Below, one piece after another: positions 1 through 8,917 of a stretch of 64,000 nt of DNA. Numbering within the stretch: position 1 is the stretch's first letter; every line of letters starts with the position of its first letter. The notes below the pieces were generated by a model. The model was not told the DNA's origin, did not search any database, and saw only the letters and a program-made list of their open reading frames with translations. Location of the stretch: the NCBI GenBank assembly GCA_965140415.1, contig OZ223209.1:4096001-4160000 (forward strand). Direction: 5' to 3'. Source of the DNA: Myxococcota bacterium (GTDB taxonomy: Bacteria; Myxococcota_A; SURF-8). Both the position numbers and the translations under genes were made by a program.

Positions 1-2832
1 CTCCTGATATTTTTCTTTCTCTGAGACTGATGCTCTTTCCCAACCCGGAGACTTTGTTAAATCGTCGGGAAAGCTATTGTGGGGAGGTGATTCTGAAGAT
101 TCTCTTTCCAACTCAAAAGAAATATTCTGCCAAAGTTCGATGCGACCTTTTTCTTCGATGGCTTCAATGCATTTTTGGATATGATCTTGAGGATCATGCC
201 ACTGTGATCGTTGATTCTGCCATTTTTTCCTCTCTGCTTCCAATCGTTGTTTTTGCCTCTCAATTTCTTCTGGGCTAAACGAATGGAAAATTGGTTCAAG
301 AATCGAATCCCCCTTAAGGGAATTATAGAATTGATGCTTGATTGTTTCTGAGAAGCCGGAGAAGCAGTATCTAATTATTTCACCCAGATGTTTCTTGCTC
401 TCATCGTTTTCTATAGATTGCAGAATCGAGATGGCCCAATCAACATCGTCTTCAGAGATCGGAAAATCGCTAATGCCAAACAAATCATGACTGGAAAGCG
501 TAATACGTTCTGCCAATAGCAAGAATAATTTCCTTCGTATTGACTTCTCCGAAACCAGTTTTTGTTGAATTTCTCTACTTTGCCTGAGATCGTATGGATT
601 ATTTGATTGGATACGCTCCACGAGTACGTCTGACAGTTTCGTAGCAATGATATCATCATCAAGATGGTCCAGACTTCGAAGAACAATATCTTCCGGCAAA
701 TTCCAGAATGGTCCCATGTGCCATCCTTGAACTATACGTATCCAGTGGAGGGCCAGTGACAGATCGGATTTCGATAAATTATTGGGCAGTCCTTTGAGGA
801 AGCTATAATAGCTTCCGAAGAACATATACTCCTTGGGATTTGTAAGAAGCACAAATAGCTCTTCGGTAGTTATGTGAGCCGGCCAAAGGCATGCCAAGCC
901 ATGACCTTTGAGTTGATCCTTTGGATCTGAACCTGCCAACCCTTCTGCAAGGGGGTGAAGTTTTAATTGATGGGCTTCGTTACCGATCCGCTTTACCGAA
1001 GAGGCTGCCATATCGCGGACGACATCTGGCTCGCCTTGATCCAGAGCCATACGTACCAGTTCATCTTGTATTTCATTCGAGTCGCATCTGCATTGTCGGA
1101 TCATCTGCAAAGCAATGCGACGAATCATAATGTCTTCGGATTGGTTCAAAACGATTGGCAATAGGTATTCCCAAAGTGCAGGAAATGATAAATGCGAGAA
1201 ATTTACCTCGTAGTCAGGGTAAGGTATGGTCTTGTTTCTATAAGCATTTACTAAACCAAGAATGGCTTTTTCTTTTATTTGCTCAGTTAGGGAGTCTGAA
1301 CTAATTGCCAAAAAGACCTCTGGATTTCTATCCTGAATTATCTGTAGTATTTCAGAAGAATACCTGATAAGCCAGCCAGTCACCTCATGAAGCTGGGGTA
1401 ACACCTTTCCGCTTGGGTTAAATAATAAAGGAATTATCTGTTCCGCAGAGATTTTCGTTTCTTGGCAGTACTGGGCTGTAAGGTATTCTTTGATATTATG
1501 AACAGACCATTCTAAACGAGTTGCACCTAGACTTGAAAAAAACGGAGTGTCGAATATTTCTTGATAGTGATCAAATCCTGCTTGGAATTCAGCCCATTCC
1601 TCGATTTGTATAAGCTCAGTAAGAAGCATATCGGAATTAACTGATTGGCTTTTATCAGAATCAATGAAAACGGTATTCTTTCCAGAAAACAACATCAAAG
1701 CAGCTATTTTCGATAGTTCATTCTTTCGCTTTTCAGGAGAGATTCTTCCAAGTAACCTTCTGCTTTTCCTACTAGGATTTGATTCTTGGCAGTATATCAG
1801 GATCTGACTTTCAAACAATTCTTCACGCTTTTCTGGAATTGCCCCATGTTGTTTATAATACCTTAGTAGCGAATTGAGCTTAAAGGGAGTATTCGCAAAT
1901 ATTGTTGCGTTTTTATTATAGATTTCGCCAACAAACGCATCGGAATCCAAACCTTCCCTTAAGGCTGCTTCGATAACATTTTTGTGTTGAAGTGGTGCTA
2001 ATTTAAATAATTCATACTCATCTTTAGTAAATAGCGGTTTTAGTCTTGCTTCAAAGTATTGGGGCCAAGCAGCAGATCTGCAAGCAAGTCTAACTTTGAG
2101 TCTATTCCAGTCAGTATTTGTCCTTGTCAATCCTTCAACAATAACTTGCGCAGCTGTTTGTACGTCGATAAGACATTCATCTAAACTGTCAATAAACAAA
2201 CACAAGTTATGAGTGCCTGTCACCCAATTCTGAAATATCGGGTTTTTGAATAACTCTTCTCTAAGTTCTAACCCGCTACCAATTGAGTTTAAATCCTTAA
2301 ATAATACTTGGTCACCGTTAGCCTCATACTCAAGACTGAGGCGTTCAAATTCTTGTTTCAAGGTCGTTGACTTACCAATTCCTGGTTCCCCAAGCAAACC
2401 GAGGAAACGGTAAGATTCAATCTCTTTCAATAACTTAGCGGTATTGCTATACTCATTGAATTCACCCAAGTCTGGTAAGAATCCGTTGAACTTAATAATT
2501 CCGATACTAAGAGCTTCTGTCGCGATCCGACTCGGAATCCAATATCTATTCCAATTGTACTTTGGAAAAGAATTTTGGGTTGAAACACTTGATGTTACCT
2601 CAAGTGTTTGATTTTCTGAGACCTCCTCAGCACTTTCATGTATGAGTTCAGTTGAAGATATTTTCATCACGGACAAAGCACTTTTAATCAACCATCGGGA
2701 TATGGCGTAAAGAAATCCCAAAATACCAACAAGGCCAGCCATTAGACCGACCCATTCTGCAGGTTTATCTACTCCATCTGAAAGCCAAGAATATACGGGT
2801 TTGATAAAAATCAAAAACTTCTCAAGCATCAT
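1..2832 (-). CDS. Large STAND/NACHT-type P-loop NTPase (Avs/NLR-like) with N-terminal TM helix; 3' end lies outside the window (>=944 aa)
   Basis: Not in the ORF track; translated by hand from ATG at 2832 (ATGA overlap with the upstream gene). Reads MMLEKFL..WVGLMAGLVGILGFLYAISRWLI (TM)..YNWNRYWIP..FLGLLGEPGIGKSTTL (Walker A, ~2368-2391)..LCLFIDSLDEC (Walker B)..RLACRSAAWP..LAPL, then a long helical region. Frame appears open to position 1. AT-rich. Confidence 0.85.
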   Translation of the reverse strand, partial: MMLEKFLIFIKPVYSWLSDGVDKPAEWVGLMAGLVGILGFLYAISRWLIKSALSVMKISSTELIHESAEEVSENQTLEVTSSVSTQNSFPKYNWNRYWIPSRIATEALSIGIIKFNGFLPDLGEFNEYSNTAKLLKEIESYRFLGLLGEPGIGKSTTLKQEFERLSLEYEANGDQVLFKDLNSIGSGLELREELFKNPIFQNWVTGTHNLCLFIDSLDECLIDVQTAAQVIVEGLTRTNTDWNRLKVRLACRSAAWPQYFEARLKPLFTKDEYELFKLAPLQHKNVIEAALREGLDSDAFVGEIYNKNATIFANTPFKLNSLLRYYKQHGAIPEKREELFESQILIYCQESNPSRKSRRLLGRISPEKRKNELSKIAALMLFSGKNTVFIDSDKSQSVNSDMLLTELIQIEEWAEFQAGFDHYQEIFDTPFFSSLGATRLEWSVHNIKEYLTAQYCQETKISAEQIIPLLFNPSGKVLPQLHEVTGWLIRYSSEILQIIQDRNPEVFLAISSDSLTEQIKEKAILGLVNAYRNKTIPYPDYEVNFSHLSFPALWEYLLPIVLNQSEDIMIRRIALQMIRQCRCDSNEIQDELVRMALDQGEPDVVRDMAASSVKRIGNEAHQLKLHPLAEGLAGSDPKDQLKGHGLACLWPAHITTEELFVLLTNPKEYMFFGSYYSFLKGLPNNLSKSDLSLALHWIRIVQGWHMGPFWNLPEDIVLRSLDHLDDDIIATKLSDVLVERIQSNNPYDLRQSREIQQKLVSEKSIRRKLFLLLAERITLSSHDLFGISDFPISEDDVDWAISILQSIENDESKKHLGEIIRYCFSGFSETIKHQFYNSLKGDSILEPIFHSFSPEEIERQKQRLEAERKKWQNQRSQWHDPQDHIQKCIEAIEEKGRIELWQNISFELERESSESPPHNSFPDDLTKSPGWERASVSEKEKYQE

Positions 2833-5800
2833 CCCCTCCCCACCGGCATCCGGGGCGGGGCAGTCTTCCACATCAGGTCGATTTCCTCGGGGGTGAGGCC
2901 ATAGGCCTGGTTGACGAGGTCGGCCAGGCGGCGTTCGTGCTGTTGGGCTTCGGCGGCGCGGCGCTGCATGGCGGGGACGATCTCCTCGTAGGCCTCGCGC
3001 AGCTCCTTCACGCCACTCACGCTCAGCTTGCCTGCCGCTTTGGGGCGGCGCTTCTTCACTTCGGCCATGAAGGCGTCGAAGTCCAGAGCGGCGGCGTCTT
3101 GCAGCTTTAGGCCCGGTTTGTCGATGGACTGGATCTGCTTCAGCCAGTCGAGCAGATCGCGCTGGGCGCTTTGGTTGGCGCGGGTCAGTTCGATCAGCGC
3201 CGCCACGCGCTCCTCAGCCTCGGTGCGTATGGTTTCGGTGGGCGGAGCGATGGGGAGTTTCTTGACGTATGGGATGTCCATCGCCAAAGCTTCGTCTTTT
3301 TTGTGTGGGAAGTATCGGAACGAATAGTACCAGTTTGCTGGCGAGTTCATAACTGCCAATACCCAAAAATCGACTTTGGGAATCATGATCGCTGCATCAT
3401 TGATAAGAACATTGTTGTCATCAAAAGAAATGCGCGAATGGAAGGCTATCCTCTGTATCACCATTTTAGGTTTGTAAAATAGTTCCCAATAATCAACTGG
3501 ATCTTGGATTTCATTCCATTTGTACAGGCCAGGTTTTCTTCCCGGCCAAGTTCCCTGTTTCTTTGCATCCCAATCCTTTGGACGTGGTTCCAATCTCTCT
3601 TGGAACTGGAGAAGGTGTTGCTTTACTGCTTGATAGTGATCGATTTCAACTCCATGCCGCGCAAAGATCATCCAAAGTCCAGCCCATTCAGGATGCCATC
3701 TCTTAATGTCCTGACCACGCAAGTAAGGTTTCACTATTTCTTCTGACCTTGGATCTTCTTTTAGCAAATCGTTACGTGTTGGCGTATCAATGAGGAATGC
3801 TTCGTTTAAGCCTGTCTTGATTCCGTAGCATGGGTTTGTATTGATAAATTTGGCAAGTGGTACGCCATTTCCTTTAATCTTTGCCATCAAATCTACGACC
3901 GCCGGGTGCTCAAGACTCCACGCCTTTTCCGAAAACCGCGACCAGGGCACCTCGTAACCATGCTGGCGAACGAACTGCTTGAGGTTGATGTCTGCCAGTT
4001 TCTCACGAGGCACGGGACAGATGACCACCGGCGCGGTTGGCTCGGGTTGGGAAGGTGGATCGGGTAGTTGCTCGCCCCGGTCGTGTTCCGCTAGCTTTTT
4101 AATGAGACCGTGGTAGTGGTGCAATACTTTCCCCGCAGCATCACGTACAGTCGGGCGACGCACCGACACGATGCAAGGGAAGACGTCGGCGTCCTCGAAG
4201 ATGGGCGCGTGGCCGAAGTCGAGGATCTGCTCGAAGACCGTATGTTCGGCGAAAAAACGCCGCAGCGCCTCGCCGTAACCGGACTTCAACCACTTGTTCG
4301 TCACGATGAACGACAGCACGCCGCCCGGCTTCAAGGCCTGCACGCCGCGCTCGTAGAAATAGGTGTACAGATCCGCCACGCCGTCGAAGGAATGGTAATG
4401 CTCCTTCAGATACGGCTTGATCGGCGATAGCAGTTCCTGGCGAACGTAAGGCGGGTTGCCGATCACCACATCGAAACCGCCATCATCAAAGACATTCTTA
4501 AAGCGCTCTTGCCAATCGAATGGAGTCTCCGAATAGGCTGCATCGTCCACGATGGAGTCACCCTGCTGGATGTTGTCGTCCAGGAAGGTCAACGGCTTGC
4601 CGCGCTCGGCGGTCTTCAGCCACAGGCTGAGCTTGGTGATCTCCACCGACTCCTTCGAGAGATCCACGCCGTAAAGGTTGTGGTTGAGGATGGTCTTGTT
4701 CAGGTCGAACAGGCTGCGCTGCCCGCCCTCGAAGGCCGCCAGGGCGTCGTTGACGCGCTCGTACTGCGCCAGCAGGTAATCGAAGGCCGCGATCAGAAAC
4801 GCGCCGGAGCCGCAGGCCGGATCCAGCACGCGGGTGCGCTTCAGCACCTCGTCGCGGTAGGCCTCCCAGAACTCGTGCTCGGCCTTGGCCAGCTTGCGCC
4901 CGTGCGCCTCGGGGATGGCATCCAGTCCGATGCGCTGGCGAAGCTCCTCCTCCTTGCGCCGCAGATAACCGCCCAGCGCCACATCCACGATGTACTGCGT
5001 CACCATTGCGGGCGTGTAGTAAACGCCCTGGGTCTTGCGACGGCCCTTCTTCTTGTCGAAGTCCTCACCAGACGCGGCGGCTTTCAGTTCCTCCAGGTCG
5101 GTGACCGACTGCTCGAAGATGTGGCCCAGCACCTCGACCGATACGTCCGTGTCGAAATCGTAGCGCGTGATGGCGTTCAACTCGTCGCACAACTCATCCG
5201 GCAGGCTGATCTGCTCGTCGATGACCGGATCGGGCTTGAACAGCCCGCCGTTGTAACCGGGGATGGGCGGGTTGTCGTTGCCCTTGTCCACCCAGCGGAA
5301 GACCGCCTTGTAGCGCGTCCAGACGGCGGTCGGATTGTAGGGATCCTTGTAGTCGTGCGCGGTCTTGATCGTGTTCGGCGGCAAGAGCCCGCGATCCTCG
5401 CAAAAGGCGATGAACAGCACGCGGTCGAGGATCTTCTGCGCCGTCTCGATCATGGCGGCCTTGTCGCCGTCGGTCTGCTCGGTCAGGTATTGCACCAGCT
5501 TGAGGCGCGTGTCCTTGTACTCGGCGTAAAGCGCCTTGGTGATGGCCTCCTCGGCGTTGTCGGACTCGCGCAGGAGCGCATCCACGCGGGAGTCTCCATC
5601 CTGCTTGGCTTCCAGCGGCAGGAAGTTCTCGGTACAGAGCAGGAAGAAGAAACGCCGGAAGACGGCATCGTCGGCAAGATCGGCCAGCTTGAAGCGTTCA
5701 TAGAAGGCGGGTGTCTTGCTGGTGCGGTAGAGGCGGATCTCTCGATAGTTGCTAACCAGCACCCACTTGCAGCCCTCGGTGTAGTTGGCGTAGCGCCAGC

Positions 5801-6239
5801 CCTGCTCAACGGCGGATTCCGTGCGCCCGGAGGCGGGACGGTCCAGGTTGTTGACCGCGCCCTTCAGTTCGATCGGCGCGACGATGCGACCCTTCAGGCG
5901 CGTGGCCTTGCTGGCGGATTCGGTGGCGGTGAAGAAACCCAGCGCGCCATCAGCCGAGCCGCCGCCATCGGAGATATGCGCCTCGGCATGCAGCGTCCAG
6001 GCTTCGCCTTCGCCCTGGATGACGGAGCGGTAGCCCAGCACCTCGCCAAAGATGTCGCGCAGAAACTCGCCGTGCAGCGAGACTTCCTTGATGACGTCCA
6101 GCGTCCCACGCTCCAGCGAGGTGATCCAGCGCGCCACCACGGCCCGGCGGGCGTCCATATCGGACGGAAAGGCAAAGCCCGCCATCGCTTTGGCGAGCGT
6201 CTTTTCATGAAACAAGGGTTTGACGTGACCTGTGGGCAT
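2829..6239 (-). CDS. Type IIG/Eco57I-like fused restriction endonuclease / N6-adenine methyltransferase with TaqI-C-like target recognition domain
   Basis: N-terminal PD-(D/E)xK-like SADGALG..PIELKG; GVYYTP; motif I VLDPACGSGAFL; motif IV VIGNPPYVRQE; C-terminal YGIKTGLNEAF..PYLRGQDIKRW. Confidence 0.9.
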   Translation of the reverse strand: MPTGHVKPLFHEKTLAKAMAGFAFPSDMDARRAVVARWITSLERGTLDVIKEVSLHGEFLRDIFGEVLGYRSVIQGEGEAWTLHAEAHISDGGGSADGALGFFTATESASKATRLKGRIVAPIELKGAVNNLDRPASGRTESAVEQGWRYANYTEGCKWVLVSNYREIRLYRTSKTPAFYERFKLADLADDAVFRRFFFLLCTENFLPLEAKQDGDSRVDALLRESDNAEEAITKALYAEYKDTRLKLVQYLTEQTDGDKAAMIETAQKILDRVLFIAFCEDRGLLPPNTIKTAHDYKDPYNPTAVWTRYKAVFRWVDKGNDNPPIPGYNGGLFKPDPVIDEQISLPDELCDELNAITRYDFDTDVSVEVLGHIFEQSVTDLEELKAAASGEDFDKKKGRRKTQGVYYTPAMVTQYIVDVALGGYLRRKEEELRQRIGLDAIPEAHGRKLAKAEHEFWEAYRDEVLKRTRVLDPACGSGAFLIAAFDYLLAQYERVNDALAAFEGGQRSLFDLNKTILNHNLYGVDLSKESVEITKLSLWLKTAERGKPLTFLDDNIQQGDSIVDDAAYSETPFDWQERFKNVFDDGGFDVVIGNPPYVRQELLSPIKPYLKEHYHSFDGVADLYTYFYERGVQALKPGGVLSFIVTNKWLKSGYGEALRRFFAEHTVFEQILDFGHAPIFEDADVFPCIVSVRRPTVRDAAGKVLHHYHGLIKKLAEHDRGEQLPDPPSQPEPTAPVVICPVPREKLADINLKQFVRQHGYEVPWSRFSEKAWSLEHPAVVDLMAKIKGNGVPLAKFINTNPCYGIKTGLNEAFLIDTPTRNDLLKEDPRSEEIVKPYLRGQDIKRWHPEWAGLWMIFARHGVEIDHYQAVKQHLLQFQERLEPRPKDWDAKKQGTWPGRKPGLYKWNEIQDPVDYWELFYKPKMVIQRIAFHSRISFDDNNVLINDAAIMIPKVDFWVLAVMNSPANWYYSFRYFPHKKDEALAMDIPYVKKLPIAPPTETIRTEAEERVAALIELTRANQSAQRDLLDWLKQIQSIDKPGLKLQDAAALDFDAFMAEVKKRRPKAAGKLSVSGVKELREAYEEIVPAMQRRAAEAQQHERRLADLVNQAYGLTPEEIDLMWKTAPPRMPVGRG

Positions 6240-6520
6240 CCGCTACCTGCTTGAAAGAAAATATCCCAATCAAAACCAACGCTTGCAATATCGTCTACGG
6301 TGAATCGCCCCTGGCTGCTGCTTCCGAATCAGTAGGCAAGTTTATAGCATTTATGGGGCAAAGGCGGAAAGGAATTTATGTGGAGTTATCGAGGGGATAG
6401 GTGATCAACGAAGGGGTGTGACTTACTCTGGCACACAGCTTTGCTGCTATTCTTAAATAGACAATCGGCTTGTCCTGGCATAGGATACGAAACGAAAACA
6501 TTTATAATGGGAGAACGGAT

Positions 6521-6736
6521 ATGAAAGTAAACCATCCAATTTTGGGCAAAGTCAAGCAATTTGATAGAACCCCTTTGCCAGAGAAACTTTCTGGCTGTTC
6601 TTTCGACACCAAAGCGGGGTTCTGGCGTTTCGAGAGTGATGGAAGTTGCATGATGAGGTCAAATGATCCATCAAGACCGGTCTGCGGAACCAAAAAGAAA
6701 GACATTGAAACAGGTGAAGATGAAAAAGGCGAATAA
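6521..6736 (+). CDS. Putative graspetide (ATP-grasp RiPP) precursor peptide, 71 aa
   Basis: ATG 6521 after GGGAGA. C-terminal core CGTKKKDIETGEDEKGE has Thr/Lys donors and Asp/Glu acceptors. TAATG coupling to the ATP-grasp gene. Confidence 0.8.
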   Translation: MKVNHPILGKVKQFDRTPLPEKLSGCSFDTKAGFWRFESDGSCMMRSNDPSRPVCGTKKKDIETGEDEKGE

Positions 6737-7692
6737 TGGATGTTCTTTCTCCTGAGATTCTCTTAATCTCAAATACTCACGATTATTCCAGTGACTTGGT
6801 CGCAGCTGAGCTTCATACTCGAAAAGCAAAATACCTTCGCTTAAATCGCGATAAATTCAACAAAATGGAACTGATCTTATTCCCTTCTACCCCACTTATC
6901 AAGGGGCGATGGGAAGATATTGATTTCCAAGTAAGTGCGGATGTATTGAAATCCATCTATTTTCGGGCTCCGGTATTCCTGCGGGATAATTATCAGCCTG
7001 ATCTGCTTCCAGAAGAACAATTGGCGAGGGGACAATGGGCTGCTTTTCTTCGAGCTTTGACAATCTTTGAAGATGCCACTTGGGTTAATCATCCCATGTA
7101 CACGTACCAAGCTGAGGTAAAGGCTTATCAACTCAGAATCGCTCAGAAAGTGGGGTTTAGCGTTCCAGAAAGCATTGCGACCAATTTCCCCAAACCCTAT
7201 GCGAGTAACAGGGACTGGATCGTAAAAACGATGGAGCCAATAATCCTGAGATTTGATAGCAAAGAAGGATTTATATATACGAACTCTGTCGATAGCGAAG
7301 AACTTGAGAACGGTGACTACTCTTCAGCTCCTGTCATGATTCAGGAAAGAATTGAGCCGAAAGTTGATGTCAGAGTTACAATTATCGGCGAGAAACTCTT
7401 TCCTGTTTCCATCAAGAAAAATGGTTCTGGGATTGAGGGAGATTGGCGTCTGCAGAAAAACGATGTAGTCTATACTCCCATTGGCCTGCCAAAGGATGTT
7501 CGGAATATGATTCACGAATTGATGAATAGATTGAATCTCACCTTCGGTGGAATGGATCTTCTGTTGCAGGATAACAAGTATTATTTTCTGGAGGTAAACC
7601 CAACAGGTGAATGGGGATGGTTGATGGATAACACGGGAGCGCCGATAGACAAGGCAATTTGTGATTATTTGATGGGAAATTCCAATGTATAA
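6736..7692 (+). CDS. MvdC/MvdD-like ATP-grasp peptide macrocyclase (graspetide synthetase)
   Basis: ILLISNTHDYSSD, SIYFRAP, WVNHP, KAYQLRIAQKVGFSVPESIATN, QERIEPKVDVRVT, DWR, FGGMD, YFLEVNPTGEWGWL. Confidence 0.88.
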   Translation: MDVLSPEILLISNTHDYSSDLVAAELHTRKAKYLRLNRDKFNKMELILFPSTPLIKGRWEDIDFQVSADVLKSIYFRAPVFLRDNYQPDLLPEEQLARGQWAAFLRALTIFEDATWVNHPMYTYQAEVKAYQLRIAQKVGFSVPESIATNFPKPYASNRDWIVKTMEPIILRFDSKEGFIYTNSVDSEELENGDYSSAPVMIQERIEPKVDVRVTIIGEKLFPVSIKKNGSGIEGDWRLQKNDVVYTPIGLPKDVRNMIHELMNRLNLTFGGMDLLLQDNKYYFLEVNPTGEWGWLMDNTGAPIDKAICDYLMGNSNV

Positions 7693-8293
7693 CTATTTTG
7701 GAAATGCTTGGAATTGGATACTTCAGGAAATCGTGCCGATATTGTACGCATATAGAGTGGAGAAAATACTCCTTACCAAGCACGAGAATATTCACGTTTC
7801 TTCGTACTCTATCGAGGAATTGACAGATTATTCGGAGTTATCTCAATTTATACAGGGACAACTCTCATTAGAAGATGAACGACGAAAAACAATCGATGAG
7901 AAGGCTAAATCTTCATTGGTTTCCATCACAGTTGTAATCGCCGTAATGCTGGCTCTGCTTAAAGACGGGGCCAGCGTAGGCCTCCCCTTTGGGATTTTAA
8001 TAATGCTTGCCATTTTGTGCTTTTTGTTTGCAGTTATCGGAGCGGTTAAAGCAATCGAAAACTTGCCATACGCCCAAGTTACCGTTGAGGATCTGATCAA
8101 GGAAAATGGTTCTTCGCTGGAGCACAAGAAGATTTGCGAGAAGGATATGTTATTGGAATTTTACAAATACTACAAAGCCAACTCTGTATTAAACAATAAC
8201 AAAGGAAACTTTGTTGATTCGTCTTTCAAATCCATCAGGAACGGGGTCATTCTCCTGTGTGCCGCCATTGTTTTGACAATGCTTTTGCCTTAA
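7685..8293 (+). CDS. Hypothetical membrane protein (about 3 TM), overlapping the ATP-grasp gene
   Basis: 8-bp overlap. Helix EDERRKTIDEKAK precedes two hydrophobic segments, and there is a terminal hydrophobic segment (GVILLCAAIVLTMLLP). Confidence 0.75.
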   Translation: MYNYFGNAWNWILQEIVPILYAYRVEKILLTKHENIHVSSYSIEELTDYSELSQFIQGQLSLEDERRKTIDEKAKSSLVSITVVIAVMLALLKDGASVGLPFGILIMLAILCFLFAVIGAVKAIENLPYAQVTVEDLIKENGSSLEHKKICEKDMLLEFYKYYKANSVLNNNKGNFVDSSFKSIRNGVILLCAAIVLTMLLP

Positions 8294-8308
8294 AGATAAG
8301 AAGGCGGT

Positions 8309-8647
8309 CTACCCCACCTCCTCCAACACCCGTTTCACCACCTCGACAATCATTTTCTGGTGGGCTTTCTTTGCCGGGCGCAGGAGTTCCCGCATCTCGG
8401 CCATGTGGGGATAGGTTCGGGCCTTGAAGTCCTCGTCAGCAATGTCGAACAGCACAGCCATCTCGACATCGATGGCCTGCGCGATCTCGTAGAATTTCTC
8501 CACCGACGGGATCGAATGCCCACGCTCCAGGCGGCTGATGGTTTCCACCGCCACATTGACTTTCTCGGCTAACTTTTCCTGAGTAAGCCCCGCGTCCTTG
8601 CGGAATCGCCTGACACGATCTCCCAGTATTTTCTTGATATCCGGCAT
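8309..8647 (-). CDS. XRE-family HTH transcriptional regulator (controller-protein-like)
   Basis: MPDIKKILGDRVRRFRKDAGLTQEKLAEKVNVAVETISRLERG; AGGAGG RBS before ATG 8647 (the ORF-track start at 8830 is too long). Confidence 0.88.
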   Translation of the reverse strand: MPDIKKILGDRVRRFRKDAGLTQEKLAEKVNVAVETISRLERGHSIPSVEKFYEIAQAIDVEMAVLFDIADEDFKARTYPHMAEMRELLRPAKKAHQKMIVEVVKRVLEEVG

Positions 8648-8917
8648 TGCGCCTCCTGTTTCTATTGAATGTCGCCGATCGGCGAGCGAATGAACAGGAG
8701 GCGATATGATTGATATTTTCATATTATAGGCGTATAGTGTTGTCTCGTTGGATAAACTTGATGGTCTTGGTCGGATAAAAGCCGGAAAACGGACTGGAAC
8801 GCCTACCGTTGCAACGAAAAACACGGCCACATTGTCGATGAGAAAAACACCCGAGTTTCGGGGATAAGAATTCTAAGGAACTGAATTTACATAGGATACA
8901 AGAAAAGGAGGGATGCG

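Noticed and set aside
30-1164. Short ORFs listed in the track
   Set aside because: They overlap the long STAND NTPase frame and lack motifs.
2829-6239. BREX PglX or DISARM methylase
   Set aside because: No brxC/pglZ/drm genes in the window, and the protein has its own N-terminal nuclease-like motif; the region left of the window is unseen.
4509-6254. 581-aa plus-strand ORF
   Set aside because: Antisense shadow of the GC-rich RM gene; no motifs.
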